This document shows, in pieces, positions 42,177 through 51,059 of a stretch of 64,000 bases of DNA; the stretch's first letter is position 1; every line of letters starts with the position of its first letter. Location: assembly GCA_036264355.1 (NCBI GenBank), contig DATARD010000047.1, positions 2,763 through 66,762 on the forward strand. Direction: 5' to 3'. The notes beneath the pieces were generated by a model. That model ran no database searches. It was given only the letters and a program-made list of their open reading frames with translations, and had not been told where the DNA came from. A program made the translations under genes and the position numbers. This DNA is from Thermoanaerobaculia bacterium (GTDB lineage: Bacteria; Acidobacteriota; Thermoanaerobaculia; Multivoradales; UBA5704).

Positions 42177-43289
42177 GTGACCGTGCTCGCTCCTCACGCT
42201 GAAGGGCTGGCCGGAGCCTGGATGGAGGGGGGCGTCGAGGTGGCGACTTTCCGCTATGCGCCGGAACGCTGGGAGGTGCTCGGCTATGGCCGCACTCTCG
42301 AAGCGGACGAGCGGGTGAAGGGGCGGGCTGCTCTGGCGACGCCGCTCTACGCTCTCGCGTTGCGCCGCGCGATCCGCCACGCTCTCGCCCGGCGCCGCTA
42401 CGACCTGGTGCATGCGCATTGGATCGTTCCCAACGGGGTGATCGCGGCTGGGGTGGGAAAAGTTCCTCTCGCCATTGGTCTGCATGGCAGCGATGTTTTT
42501 CTGGCCGAGAAGTCGGGAGTGCGACACCTGGCGCGGCGCGCTCTACGGCGGGCGCGCCTTCTCACCGGCTGCTCGCCCGAGCTGGTGGACCGCATGCTGG
42601 CGCTCGGGTTTCCGGCCGAGCGGTCGCGGGTCATCCCCTACGGCGTCGACGTAACGGCGTTCTCTCCGACTGCAGGGAGGCGGGCGATCTGGCGGACGAA
42701 GCTGGGGATTCCCGAGGAGGCGCCGCTGATCCTCGGCGTCGGCCGGATGGCCACCAAGAAGGGGTTCCACGTGCTGCTGGAGGTGCTGCCGGCGCTTCTG
42801 GCCGCGCATCCGGAGGCACACGTGGTGCTGGCCGGCGGCGGCGATCTGCTGGATCGTTTCACCGCCCTGGCCGGATCGGCCGAGCTGGCGGGCCGCCTGC
42901 ATCTGCCCGGCTCCTTGTTGCGCGACACCTTGCCCGATCTGTATCGGGCCGCCGATCTTTTTGTGCTGCCGGCGGTACACGATGCCAAGGGGAACGTGGA
43001 CGGCCTGCCCAATGTCATCCTGGAGGCGATGGCAAGCGGCCTGCCGGTGGTCGCTTCGGGGATTTCGGGCATACCGCTTGCTGTGGAAGATGGGCGGACA
43101 GGGCTCCTGGTTGCGGAAAAAGAGCCGCAGGCGCTGCTGGCTGCGCTCCGGCGGTTGTTGCAGGCTCCGGGCGAGGCGCGGGAGATGGGGGAGCGGGGGC
43201 GGCGGAGGGCGGTTGCGGAGCTGACCTGGGACGCTGTGGCGGCGCGCTATCGCGAAGGCTATGTGATGGCCTTGTCCATGCGGGGTTGA
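42177..43289 (+). CDS. GT4-family (GT-B) glycosyltransferase. Its homology extends upstream to about 42066, where there is no canonical start codon.
   Basis: Core motifs (GLHGSDVF, ILGVGRMATKKGFHVLLE, LPNVILEAMASGLPVVAS). The first in-frame GTG is at 42177, but the GT4-type N-terminus LALELLFLTQTFPRFAGDTAGPFIRDLALGLVRGGDRVTVLA is encoded in the same frame from 42066. That stretch has only CTG/ATT candidate starts after the frame stop at 42000-42002. Confidence 0.7.
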   Translation: MTVLAPHAEGLAGAWMEGGVEVATFRYAPERWEVLGYGRTLEADERVKGRAALATPLYALALRRAIRHALARRRYDLVHAHWIVPNGVIAAGVGKVPLAIGLHGSDVFLAEKSGVRHLARRALRRARLLTGCSPELVDRMLALGFPAERSRVIPYGVDVTAFSPTAGRRAIWRTKLGIPEEAPLILGVGRMATKKGFHVLLEVLPALLAAHPEAHVVLAGGGDLLDRFTALAGSAELAGRLHLPGSLLRDTLPDLYRAADLFVLPAVHDAKGNVDGLPNVILEAMASGLPVVASGISGIPLAVEDGRTGLLVAEKEPQALLAALRRLLQAPGEAREMGERGRRRAVAELTWDAVAARYREGYVMALSMRG

Positions 43290-43358
43290 TTCCATATACT
43301 TCAGGTAACCCTTCAGCCTTTCGTGGCTGCAGACGAGGATCTTCTTCTGAGCACGGCC

Positions 43359-43706
43359 ATGGCGCCCAAGACGAGAGCTTCTCACCCCGGCAAGACCAAG
43401 GCGGACCTGGTCGACGTGGTCTACGACCGTCATGGCGGGTTGACCAAGGATGAGGCGGCGGAGATCGTCGACGCCATCCTCCATACCGTCAAGAGCTCCC
43501 TCGGCCGCGGGCAGACGGTGCGGATCAAGAACTTCGGAACCTTCGAGATCACCGCCCGGCCGGGCCGGGTCGGGGTCAATCCGGTGAGCGGCGAGAAGAT
43601 CTTCATCCAGCCGCACAAGGGGTTGAGCTTCCGGCCGTCGCGCAAGCTCAAGGACGAAATCACGGTCGTCAAGAACGTAGGCCGTCCACGCAAGGAGCGC
43701 GAGTAA
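43359..43706 (+). CDS. ihfA: Integration host factor alpha-like (HU/IHF family) with an N-terminal basic extension.
   Basis: MAPKTRASHPGKTKADLVD..., then the IHF/HU fold (RIKNFGTFEITARPGRVGVNPVSGEKIFIQPHKGLSFRPSRKL). Confidence 0.65.
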   Translation: MAPKTRASHPGKTKADLVDVVYDRHGGLTKDEAAEIVDAILHTVKSSLGRGQTVRIKNFGTFEITARPGRVGVNPVSGEKIFIQPHKGLSFRPSRKLKDEITVVKNVGRPRKERE

Positions 43707-43712
43707 AGCCAC

Positions 43713-44273
43713 ATGGTGGGCAAGGTCAAGGTCCAGAAGCGTCTGTATTACAAGATCGGGGAGGCCTGCAAGGCCCTCGGCATCCAGCCCTACGTGCTGC
43801 GCTACTGGGAGACCGAGTTCCCGGCCCTGGCGCCGAGCAAGAGCCGGTCCGGCCAGCGCGTCTACAGCCAGAAAGAGCTGGAGATCATCCGGCGGATCAA
43901 GGAGCTGCTGTACGACGAGGGCTACACGATCGCCGGCGCGAAGAAGAAGCTTGAGACGGAGCTTGCCAACGGCTCGCTGGGCGAGGGGGACGACGAGTCG
44001 GCGGTCGTCCAGGCAGGTCCCGAGGAGGAACCGGAAGCTCCGGAAGCTCCGGCGGCGGTTCCCGCACCGTCGCCTGCCGCACCGCGGCGAACCCGGCCGC
44101 AGGCGGTGAAGCCCCCTGCGGCGCCCGCGGTGGTGGCTGCGGCGAGCGTGGAAGCCCCCGAGAGCCCCGCCAGCGACGCCGAGGAGCGCCTCCTGAATCT
44201 CCGGTCGGCTGTCGCGAAGGCCCTGAGCGAAGCGCGGGACCTGCTCGCGCTGCTCGACGCCAAGGCTCCCTGA
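43713..44273 (+). CDS. MerR-family transcriptional regulator.
   Basis: N-terminal MerR HTH (YYKIGEACKALGIQPYVLRYWETEFPAL...QRVYSQKELEIIRRIKELL) and an Ala/Pro-rich C-terminus. Confidence 0.75.
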   Translation: MVGKVKVQKRLYYKIGEACKALGIQPYVLRYWETEFPALAPSKSRSGQRVYSQKELEIIRRIKELLYDEGYTIAGAKKKLETELANGSLGEGDDESAVVQAGPEEEPEAPEAPAAVPAPSPAAPRRTRPQAVKPPAAPAVVAAASVEAPESPASDAEERLLNLRSAVAKALSEARDLLALLDAKAP

Positions 44274-44291
44274 AGAGTTAAACTCGCGCTC

Positions 44292-45455
44292 ATGAGAGCG
44301 CTCCTCAGCACACCCCTCACCCTTTGCCTCCTGCTCTCCTGCGCGCCGTCCGGGAACGGCGCCGCGCGGCCGGCGATCTCCCACAGCCGGCTGCCGCTCA
44401 ATCTGATCCACCTCCCTCCCGGCTTCAAGATCGACGTCTACGCCGACGATCTTCCCAACGCGCGCCAGATGGCCTTGTCGCCGCAAGGCATTCTCTACGT
44501 CGGCTCCCTCGGTGCGGGCAAGGTCTATGCCGTGGTGGACAGCGACAAGGACGGCCGGGCGGACAAGATCTACACCGTCGCGAGCGGCCTCAAGCTGCCG
44601 AGCGGGCTCGCCTGGCGCGACGGCGCGCTGTACATCGGAGCGGTGTCGAAGATCGTGCGCCTGCCGGGGATCGACGCCAGGCTCGCCAATCCGCCGGCTC
44701 CCGAAACGGTGTCCGAGGCGTTCCCGAAGGATGAGCATCACGGCTGGAAGTTCCTCGGCTTCGGACCGGACGGCAAGCTCTACGTGCCGGTGGGCGCACC
44801 GTGCAACCTGTGCGACGAGGACAACCCGATCTACGCCTCAATCACCCGCATCGCGATCGACCGCGAGGGCAAGGCGTCGGCGCCCGAGATCTACGCCCGC
44901 GGCGTGCGCAACACGGTGGGCTTCGACTGGCATCCGCAGACGCATGAGCTGTGGTTCACCGACAACGGCCGCGACATGCTCGGCGACGACATGCCGCCGG
45001 ACGAGCTGAACCGTGCGCCGAAGGCGGGCCTCCACTTCGGGTTCCCGTACTGCCACGGCGGCGACATCGCCGATCCCAAGTTTGGCGCCGGCCATCCGTG
45101 CAGCAAGTACCAGCCGCCGGTCCAGAAGCTCGGCCCGCACGTGGCGTCGATCGGCATGCGCTTCTACACCGGAACGATGTTCCCGGCCGAGTACCGCAAT
45201 CAGGTCTTCATTGCCGAGCACGGCTCATGGAACCGCAGCACACCGATCGGCTACCGGGTCACCGTCGTCAAGCTGGACGCGCAGGGCAAGGCGGTCTCCT
45301 ACCAGCCGTTCGCCGAGGGCTGGCTGCAGCATGGAGATGCCTGGGGACGGCCGGCCGATGTGCTGGTGATGCCCGACGGCGCGCTCCTCGTCTCGGACGA
45401 TCACGCCGGGGTGGTCTACCGCATCACCTATGCGGCGCCGCACAAGGCCGGGTGA
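44292..45455 (+). CDS. PQQ-dependent soluble sugar/aldose dehydrogenase (sorbosone-dehydrogenase-like beta-propeller), secreted.
   Basis: Signal peptide, then PQGILYVGSLGAGKVY, GFDWHPQTHELWFTDNGRDMLGDDMPPDELN and ADVLVMPDGALLVSDDHAGVVYRI. Confidence 0.75.
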   Translation: MRALLSTPLTLCLLLSCAPSGNGAARPAISHSRLPLNLIHLPPGFKIDVYADDLPNARQMALSPQGILYVGSLGAGKVYAVVDSDKDGRADKIYTVASGLKLPSGLAWRDGALYIGAVSKIVRLPGIDARLANPPAPETVSEAFPKDEHHGWKFLGFGPDGKLYVPVGAPCNLCDEDNPIYASITRIAIDREGKASAPEIYARGVRNTVGFDWHPQTHELWFTDNGRDMLGDDMPPDELNRAPKAGLHFGFPYCHGGDIADPKFGAGHPCSKYQPPVQKLGPHVASIGMRFYTGTMFPAEYRNQVFIAEHGSWNRSTPIGYRVTVVKLDAQGKAVSYQPFAEGWLQHGDAWGRPADVLVMPDGALLVSDDHAGVVYRITYAAPHKAG

Positions 45456-45545
45456 ATCTTCGCCCTCCAGCGGGCGAAGAAAAGATCGGGATGGCGGTAC
45501 ACAGTGTGATAGGCTGTCGCGCATCGACAAGACGGGGGTGAAAGA

Positions 45546-45959
45546 GTGGATCAGGAGCTGAGGGCCTATCTGGAGGAGCGGGAAGCCAGGATGGAAACTC
45601 GGATGGACGAGCGGTTCGCCCGAGTGGACGAGCGGTTCACCCGGATGGACGAGCGGTTCGAGAGAGTGGAGACCGAAACCCGCCAGACCAGGGTTCTTGT
45701 GGAAGGTCTGCACGACACCGTCCGCCTGCTCGCCGAGGGGGTGATCGGCACCGGTGAGCGGATCGATGCTCTTCGCGAGGAGACCACGGGGAGGCTCGAA
45801 GAGATTAAGGGCTCTGTCGACATGATCCACAAGATCCTGGTCCCCCGCGTGAATAGCCTGGAAAACCGCGTGAAGATCCTGGAGGACAGAGCGGAGCGGG
45901 AGAACCGGGATGTCCTCGAGGTCATCCGCGAGAAATTCGGCCTCCGCCGTCAGGCCTGA
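45546..45959 (+). CDS. Coiled-coil protein with tandem 8-aa repeats (MDERFARV/DERFTRM/DERFERV).
   Basis: 137 aa, heptad- and octad-rich, of unknown function. It resembles the DUF1640-type ARFxxVD repeat proteins. Confidence 0.4.
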   Translation: MDQELRAYLEEREARMETRMDERFARVDERFTRMDERFERVETETRQTRVLVEGLHDTVRLLAEGVIGTGERIDALREETTGRLEEIKGSVDMIHKILVPRVNSLENRVKILEDRAERENRDVLEVIREKFGLRRQA

Positions 45960-46966
45960 TACCCAAGCTTCCGCTTCACTCCCACCGTCGCCTCGTCGTT
46001 CCCCTCGATGCTCAACTTCTCCCGGTCGGCGCCGCGCCCGGCCGGGTAGAAGCTCTCTCGATACATCGGGTAGCACTCGCTGCGCAGATGCCCCAGCGTC
46101 TGATGGCCACGGCGGGTGGCCCTCTCGTGGCGCAGGGCGCCGACGTCGAGCGGGCCGACGACGATCTTCTCCCCCGGACCGGGATCGGCCTGCGCCAGGA
46201 TCCGTCCTTCGAAATCGACGATCATGCTGCCGCCCGGCCAGGAGAAGGGGGGATAGTGGGAGAGGCTCGCCGCCTGGTTCGACGCCACCACGTAGGCGAT
46301 GTTTTCGAGCGCCCGGCAGCGGTTCACCACCGTCCACCAGTCCATCGGCGCGGTCGCCCCCCAGGGGTCCATGTAGGCCGAGACGCGGATCAGCACCTCG
46401 GCGCCGTTGGCGGTCAGTTGGCGAAGCGTCTCCGGGAACAGCCAGTCGTAGCAGATCGCCACCCCCAGCTTGCCGATCGGCGTGTCGACGACCGGGAACA
46501 TCTCCTCGTCGTAGCCGGGGAGGTCGTGCGGGCTGGCGTGGACCTCCCAGGGAATCCAGGGATTGACCTTGCGGTATTTCGAAAGGATGCCGTCCGGCCC
46601 GATCAGGCAGGTGGTGTTGAAGACGGCGCCGGGATATTTCTCGTCGCTTTCGAGGAACGTTCCGGTCTGGATCCAGATTCCGAGCTCCTTCGCTTTCGCG
46701 ATATAGCGTTCGGTGTGCTCGTTGGGGATCGGCACCGCCAGCTTGTCGAGCAGCTCGCGGGCGGTGGGATAGACCGGAGCGGCATGCGCGAACTCGGGAA
46801 AGACGACGAGCTTGACGGGCAGGAAAGGTGCATAGCCTCCCACGGCATGATCGATCATGTTGATCATCCGGTCCACGTGCGCTTTGATTCCGGAACGATG
46901 GCCCGGGTTTCCGAAATCGACCTGGCAGGCCGCCGCCGCATAACGAAGTTTTTCTTCACCGCTCAT
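45950..46966 (-). CDS. Carbon-nitrogen hydrolase of the aliphatic amidase/formamidase (AmiE/AmiF) branch.
   Basis: E-K-C triad context: LVVFPEFA (Glu), KYRKVNPWIP (Lys), GVAICYDWLFPE (Cys). About 338 aa, matching AmiE/AmiF size. Confidence 0.75.
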   Translation of the reverse strand: MSGEEKLRYAAAACQVDFGNPGHRSGIKAHVDRMINMIDHAVGGYAPFLPVKLVVFPEFAHAAPVYPTARELLDKLAVPIPNEHTERYIAKAKELGIWIQTGTFLESDEKYPGAVFNTTCLIGPDGILSKYRKVNPWIPWEVHASPHDLPGYDEEMFPVVDTPIGKLGVAICYDWLFPETLRQLTANGAEVLIRVSAYMDPWGATAPMDWWTVVNRCRALENIAYVVASNQAASLSHYPPFSWPGGSMIVDFEGRILAQADPGPGEKIVVGPLDVGALRHERATRRGHQTLGHLRSECYPMYRESFYPAGRGADREKLSIEGNDEATVGVKRKLGYQA

Positions 46967-47079
46967 GAACAGGGATTCTAACCCCAGGTGATGGTGTAAC
47001 GGAGCCCTCGGCTCCGGCGCCTGTCAAAAGGGGGCCGAGCTATCCGCCGCCGGTCGGCGGGAGTAGAATCGACGAGGCG

Positions 47080-48705
47080 ATGGAAGGTTCAGCATCAAAG
47101 CCGGCACGTTGGATCGTTGTAGGACGGGGCGATCGTGTGGGCCGGCTCCTGCTGGAGCGCCTGGGGGAGCGGGCTCGTTTCATTCCGGACAGCGGCGGGT
47201 TTGACGACTTTGCTGCCGAGCTGGAGGCTCCCGGGACGGAGGCGATCGTCTATCGACCCCCGCTTCGCAGCGATCAAGCGGATCGTCCTGACCTGGCGGC
47301 TGCGGAGGTGTTCTTGCAGGCGTTCGCTCGGGCTGCGAAAGCTCCGGCCCGTCTCGTTCTCCTGTCGAGCGCCGCCGCGATCGATCCCAGCCATCACAAT
47401 ATTGGCTATCTCACCGAGGAGCACCGGTCGCCGGGGCGCAATCCGATCGCGCGCGCCTGGCTCGATTTCGAGGCTCTCGCCGCGGCTCGCCTGCCGGGAA
47501 TGGAACAAATTGTGCTGCGCCCGGCGCCGGTGATCTCGCACGACGGAAACAACTTCTTCGCGCGCTTGCTGCGCAGCCGGATTGCCATGGTGCCGGCAGG
47601 CTACGATCCTTCCCTCCAACTGCTCAGTGGCGAAGACCTCGCCGGAGCGGTGCTCTGCGCGCTGGAGCGTGGAGCCGGCCGGCCGGGGCTCTATCACGTG
47701 GCGCCGGCCGGCGCCATGCCGGTCCGCGGAGCGCTCCGTCTGGCGGGAGTCCGGCGTGTGGCCTTTCCCCGCTGGGGTGCCCAGCTCGACTATCTTCGCC
47801 ACAACTGGACCGTCTCGGGCGGCAAGATCGCCGACGAGCTCGGTTTCAAGCCGATGAAGACGAGCGCCGAGGCTCTGCTCGACACATTGGACGTCACCGC
47901 TGCTCCCTGTCCGAGCTTCGATCCCTACGGACTCGACACCGGCTATATCGCCGCGTATTCGCGCACGCTGTTCCATTTTCTCCACGACATCTACTGGCGG
48001 ATCGAGCACGAAGGGCTGGAGAACGTGCCACGGCAGGGACCGGCCGTTCTCACCGGCGTGCACCGCGGCTTCATGCCGTGGGACGGCGTCATGGCGCTCC
48101 ATCTGCTGCGCCGGGAGATCGGCCGCATCCCGCGTTTTCTGATCCATCCCTGTCTGATCAAGTTTCCGTTCCTGGCCAACTACATGACCAAGCTGGGCGG
48201 CCTTCTCGCCTGCCAGGAGAACGCCGACTGGGTGCTCGGCCAGGGCGAGATCCTCGGCATGTTTCCGGAGGGGATCCATGGCGCCTTCACGATGTACCGC
48301 GACGCCTACCGGTTGGGCCGTTTCGGCCGCGACGAATACGTCAAGATGGCGTTGCGCAACCGGGCGCCGATCGTTCCCTTCGTGACCGTGGGAAGCGCCG
48401 AGACCTATCCGATCCTGGCCCGGATCAATTCGCGCCTGGTGCGGCGGGTGGCCGAATGGCCGTACCTGCCGATCACTCCGACGTTTCCACTGCCCGGATT
48501 TCCACTCCCGTCGAAGTGGCACACCTGGTTCCTCGAGCCGATCCCTGTGCAGACGATGCATCCGCCGGAGGCCGCGGACGATCCGGCGGTGGTGCGGGCG
48601 CTGAGCGCCATGGTCCGCGCACGGATGGAGGCGGCGATCCAGGACATGCTGGCGCGCCGCAAGTCGGTATTCTTCGGCTCGATTTTCAAGGAAGCGACGC
48701 TGTGA
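47080..48705 (+). CDS. Fusion protein with an N-terminal NAD(P)-binding epimerase/dehydratase-like (atypical SDR) domain and a C-terminal PlsC-type acyltransferase.
   Basis: C-terminal HxxxxD (GVHRGFMPWDG) and FPEG (GMFPEGIHG) acyltransferase motifs. The N-terminal 270 aa has a Rossmann-like WIVVGRGDRVG and an SDR-like architecture. Confidence 0.65.
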   Translation: MEGSASKPARWIVVGRGDRVGRLLLERLGERARFIPDSGGFDDFAAELEAPGTEAIVYRPPLRSDQADRPDLAAAEVFLQAFARAAKAPARLVLLSSAAAIDPSHHNIGYLTEEHRSPGRNPIARAWLDFEALAAARLPGMEQIVLRPAPVISHDGNNFFARLLRSRIAMVPAGYDPSLQLLSGEDLAGAVLCALERGAGRPGLYHVAPAGAMPVRGALRLAGVRRVAFPRWGAQLDYLRHNWTVSGGKIADELGFKPMKTSAEALLDTLDVTAAPCPSFDPYGLDTGYIAAYSRTLFHFLHDIYWRIEHEGLENVPRQGPAVLTGVHRGFMPWDGVMALHLLRREIGRIPRFLIHPCLIKFPFLANYMTKLGGLLACQENADWVLGQGEILGMFPEGIHGAFTMYRDAYRLGRFGRDEYVKMALRNRAPIVPFVTVGSAETYPILARINSRLVRRVAEWPYLPITPTFPLPGFPLPSKWHTWFLEPIPVQTMHPPEAADDPAVVRALSAMVRARMEAAIQDMLARRKSVFFGSIFKEATL

Positions 48706-51059
48706 GGCCGGCCCGTCTGGTGTGTGGCGCCCTGCTCGCCATGATTCTGATCGCTGCCGCTCCGGCGGACCGCTGGTTCGAAGACGTCACCGCGCGCGCC
48801 GGTCTGGCGCACAAGCACTCCAATCGCGTCTTCCACAATCCCTACGCCGCGATCATGGCGGGCTACACGGCGCTCGGCGCCGCGGCGGCGGTGGCCGACT
48901 ACGACGGCGACGGCTATGAGGACCTCTTCGTCACCGACTCCGCGGAGAACGGCAAGAACCACCTCTACCACAATGATTTCGGAAAGACCGGCAAGCTGAC
49001 CTTTACCGACGTCGCGGCCGAAGCCGGCGTGGCCGACGGCAACGACGCCGAGAACGCCTCGGCCGATGCGCTCTGGTTTGACTACGACAACGACGGCCGG
49101 CCCGATCTGCTGCTCGTCCGCTTCGGCCACAACAAGCTCTACCACAACCTGGGCAACGGCAAGTTCCGCGACGTCACCCGCGAGGCCGGCCTCGACCGCT
49201 ATCTGAACGCGATCACCGCCATCGCCTTCGACTACGACCGCGACGGGCATGTCGATCTCTTCGTCGGCTCCTATTTCCAGCCGATCAACATTTTCCATCC
49301 CGACACGCCGCGCTTCTTTCCGGAAAGCTTCGAGACCGCCAACAACGGCGGCGGCGTCACCGTCTTCCACAACAACGGCAACGGCACCTTCACGGATGTC
49401 ACGGAGAAGGTGGGCATCCACGTCTCGGGCTGGACCCTCGACCTCGGGCACGGCGACGCGGACAACGACGGCGACGACGACCTTTACATCGCCTGCGATT
49501 TCGGCACCGACCGGTTCTTCCTCAACAATGGGAACGGTACCTTCACCGACCGTACGAAAGAGGTGATCGGCATCGACACCAAGAAGGGGATGAACGCCGA
49601 GTGGGGGGATTACGACAACGACGGCTGGCTCGACGTCTTCGTCACCAATATCACCGATGACTACCTGCGCGAGGGGAATTTTCTCTGGCGCAACAATGGA
49701 AATGGGAACGGGGGAAACCTGACGTTCTCCGACGTGGCGGCGGAGACGGGGGTGCGCGATACAGGATGGGGATGGGCCGGTAAATTCTTCGACTATGACA
49801 ACGACGGCTGGCTCGATCTCTACGTCGTCAACGGCTGGGTGTCGGCCGGACCGCAGAGCTACGTTCCCGACATCTTCGAGATGATCGTCCGCCCCGGAGT
49901 GGACTTTACCGACGCGCGCAACTGGCCGCCGATGGGCGGCAAGAGCCTCTCCGGGTACCAGAAGAAAAAACTCTTCCACAACCTTGGCGGCGTGTTCAAG
50001 GACGAGGCCGCGCGGCACGGGCTCGACTCGACGCGCGACGGCCGCGGTATTGCCGTGGCCGATTTCGACAACGACGGCCGGCTCGATCTGTTCGTGACCA
50101 ATGCGAACGCCGAGCCGTTCCTGTACCACAACATCGCTCCTGCCGCGCATTGGGCCGGTTTCGTCCTCGAGGGCCGCGCCTCCAACCGCGACGCGATCGG
50201 CGCCCAGTTGCGGCTCACCGCCGGCGGGCGGACCCTGCTGCGGTTCGTCGACGGCGGCAACGGCTTCGCCAGCCAGAGCACCCGGCGGGCCTATTTCGGA
50301 TTGGGAGCGACTGACCGCGCCGACCGCCTGGAGATCCGCTGGCCGTCGGGACGGCGGCAGGTGATCGAAAAACCACCCGTCGATCGCATCGTGCGGATCG
50401 TCGAGGGCGAGGCATCCCTCGACGATCTCGAGCGCGCGCTCGCCGCCGACCCGGACAGCCTGCGCGCCGCCAGCGAATACCGCATGGCGGTGATCAAGAC
50501 GAACGCTTACGATCGCTCGATCCCGTTCTTTGAGAAGCTGGTGGCGGATCATCCGCAGTCGGCGCATGCCTGGCTCAATTACGGCTACGCCATCGTCGAC
50601 AAGATTCCGGCCGCGGGCTCGATCACCCAGGTGATTCTGGCCAACAACGCGCTCAAGCAGTTCTCGAAATCGATCGAGCTGGAGCGGAGCTGGCTCGCCC
50701 TCTACACGCGCGGTAACAGCTATCTCTATTGGCCCAAGGTGTTCGGCCGCGCGCCGCTGGGCGTCGCGGATCTCGAAGAGGCGGTGGGGCTCGTGCGCAA
50801 GGAGGCGCAGGAGGCGAAAAAGCTCAAGCGGGTCTACGCCCGCTCGTTCGTGGCGTTAGGCGACGCCTACTGGAAGACCGAGCAGCCGGAGAGAGCACGG
50901 GCGGCCTGGGAGGAAGGATTGAAGCTCTTCCCCGGCGACGCGCAGCTCCAGGCTCGCCTGGCTCACGAAGGGGACGAGCTGACCGCCTATATCGACGATC
51001 AGCTCGATCCCAACAAGCGGGTGGACACCGATCTCAAACCGCTGCTGGACGGGGATTGA
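48702..51059 (+). CDS. Secreted FG-GAP/VCBS-repeat protein with an ASPIC/UnbV domain and C-terminal TPR (CRTAC1-like paralog 1).
   Basis: A GTG start overlaps the upstream stop (GTGA). Signal peptide MRPARLVCGALLAMILIAAAPA. Repeated Ca-binding DxDxDG loops (DYDGDGYEDLFV, DYDNDGRPDLLL). ASPIC/UnbV core GGNGFASQSTRRAYFGLG...LEIRWPSGRRQ, then TPR helices. The track start at 48078 is over-extended. Confidence 0.75.
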   Translation: MRPARLVCGALLAMILIAAAPADRWFEDVTARAGLAHKHSNRVFHNPYAAIMAGYTALGAAAAVADYDGDGYEDLFVTDSAENGKNHLYHNDFGKTGKLTFTDVAAEAGVADGNDAENASADALWFDYDNDGRPDLLLVRFGHNKLYHNLGNGKFRDVTREAGLDRYLNAITAIAFDYDRDGHVDLFVGSYFQPINIFHPDTPRFFPESFETANNGGGVTVFHNNGNGTFTDVTEKVGIHVSGWTLDLGHGDADNDGDDDLYIACDFGTDRFFLNNGNGTFTDRTKEVIGIDTKKGMNAEWGDYDNDGWLDVFVTNITDDYLREGNFLWRNNGNGNGGNLTFSDVAAETGVRDTGWGWAGKFFDYDNDGWLDLYVVNGWVSAGPQSYVPDIFEMIVRPGVDFTDARNWPPMGGKSLSGYQKKKLFHNLGGVFKDEAARHGLDSTRDGRGIAVADFDNDGRLDLFVTNANAEPFLYHNIAPAAHWAGFVLEGRASNRDAIGAQLRLTAGGRTLLRFVDGGNGFASQSTRRAYFGLGATDRADRLEIRWPSGRRQVIEKPPVDRIVRIVEGEASLDDLERALAADPDSLRAASEYRMAVIKTNAYDRSIPFFEKLVADHPQSAHAWLNYGYAIVDKIPAAGSITQVILANNALKQFSKSIELERSWLALYTRGNSYLYWPKVFGRAPLGVADLEEAVGLVRKEAQEAKKLKRVYARSFVALGDAYWKTEQPERARAAWEEGLKLFPGDAQLQARLAHEGDELTAYIDDQLDPNKRVDTDLKPLLDGD

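Noticed and set aside
41051-44741. Minus ORFs 41051..42136 and 42543..44741
   Set aside because: Antisense to the GT2/GT4 and ihfA/MerR/PQQ-dehydrogenase genes.
48078-48701. Track N-terminal extensions of CRTAC1-like genes (48078, 50729) and of the cytochrome gene (55716)
   Set aside because: The extensions overlap the upstream genes in other frames. Signal-peptide-bearing starts at 48702 (GTG), 51059 (ATG) and 55944 (ATG) coincide with stop-start overlaps typical of translational coupling.
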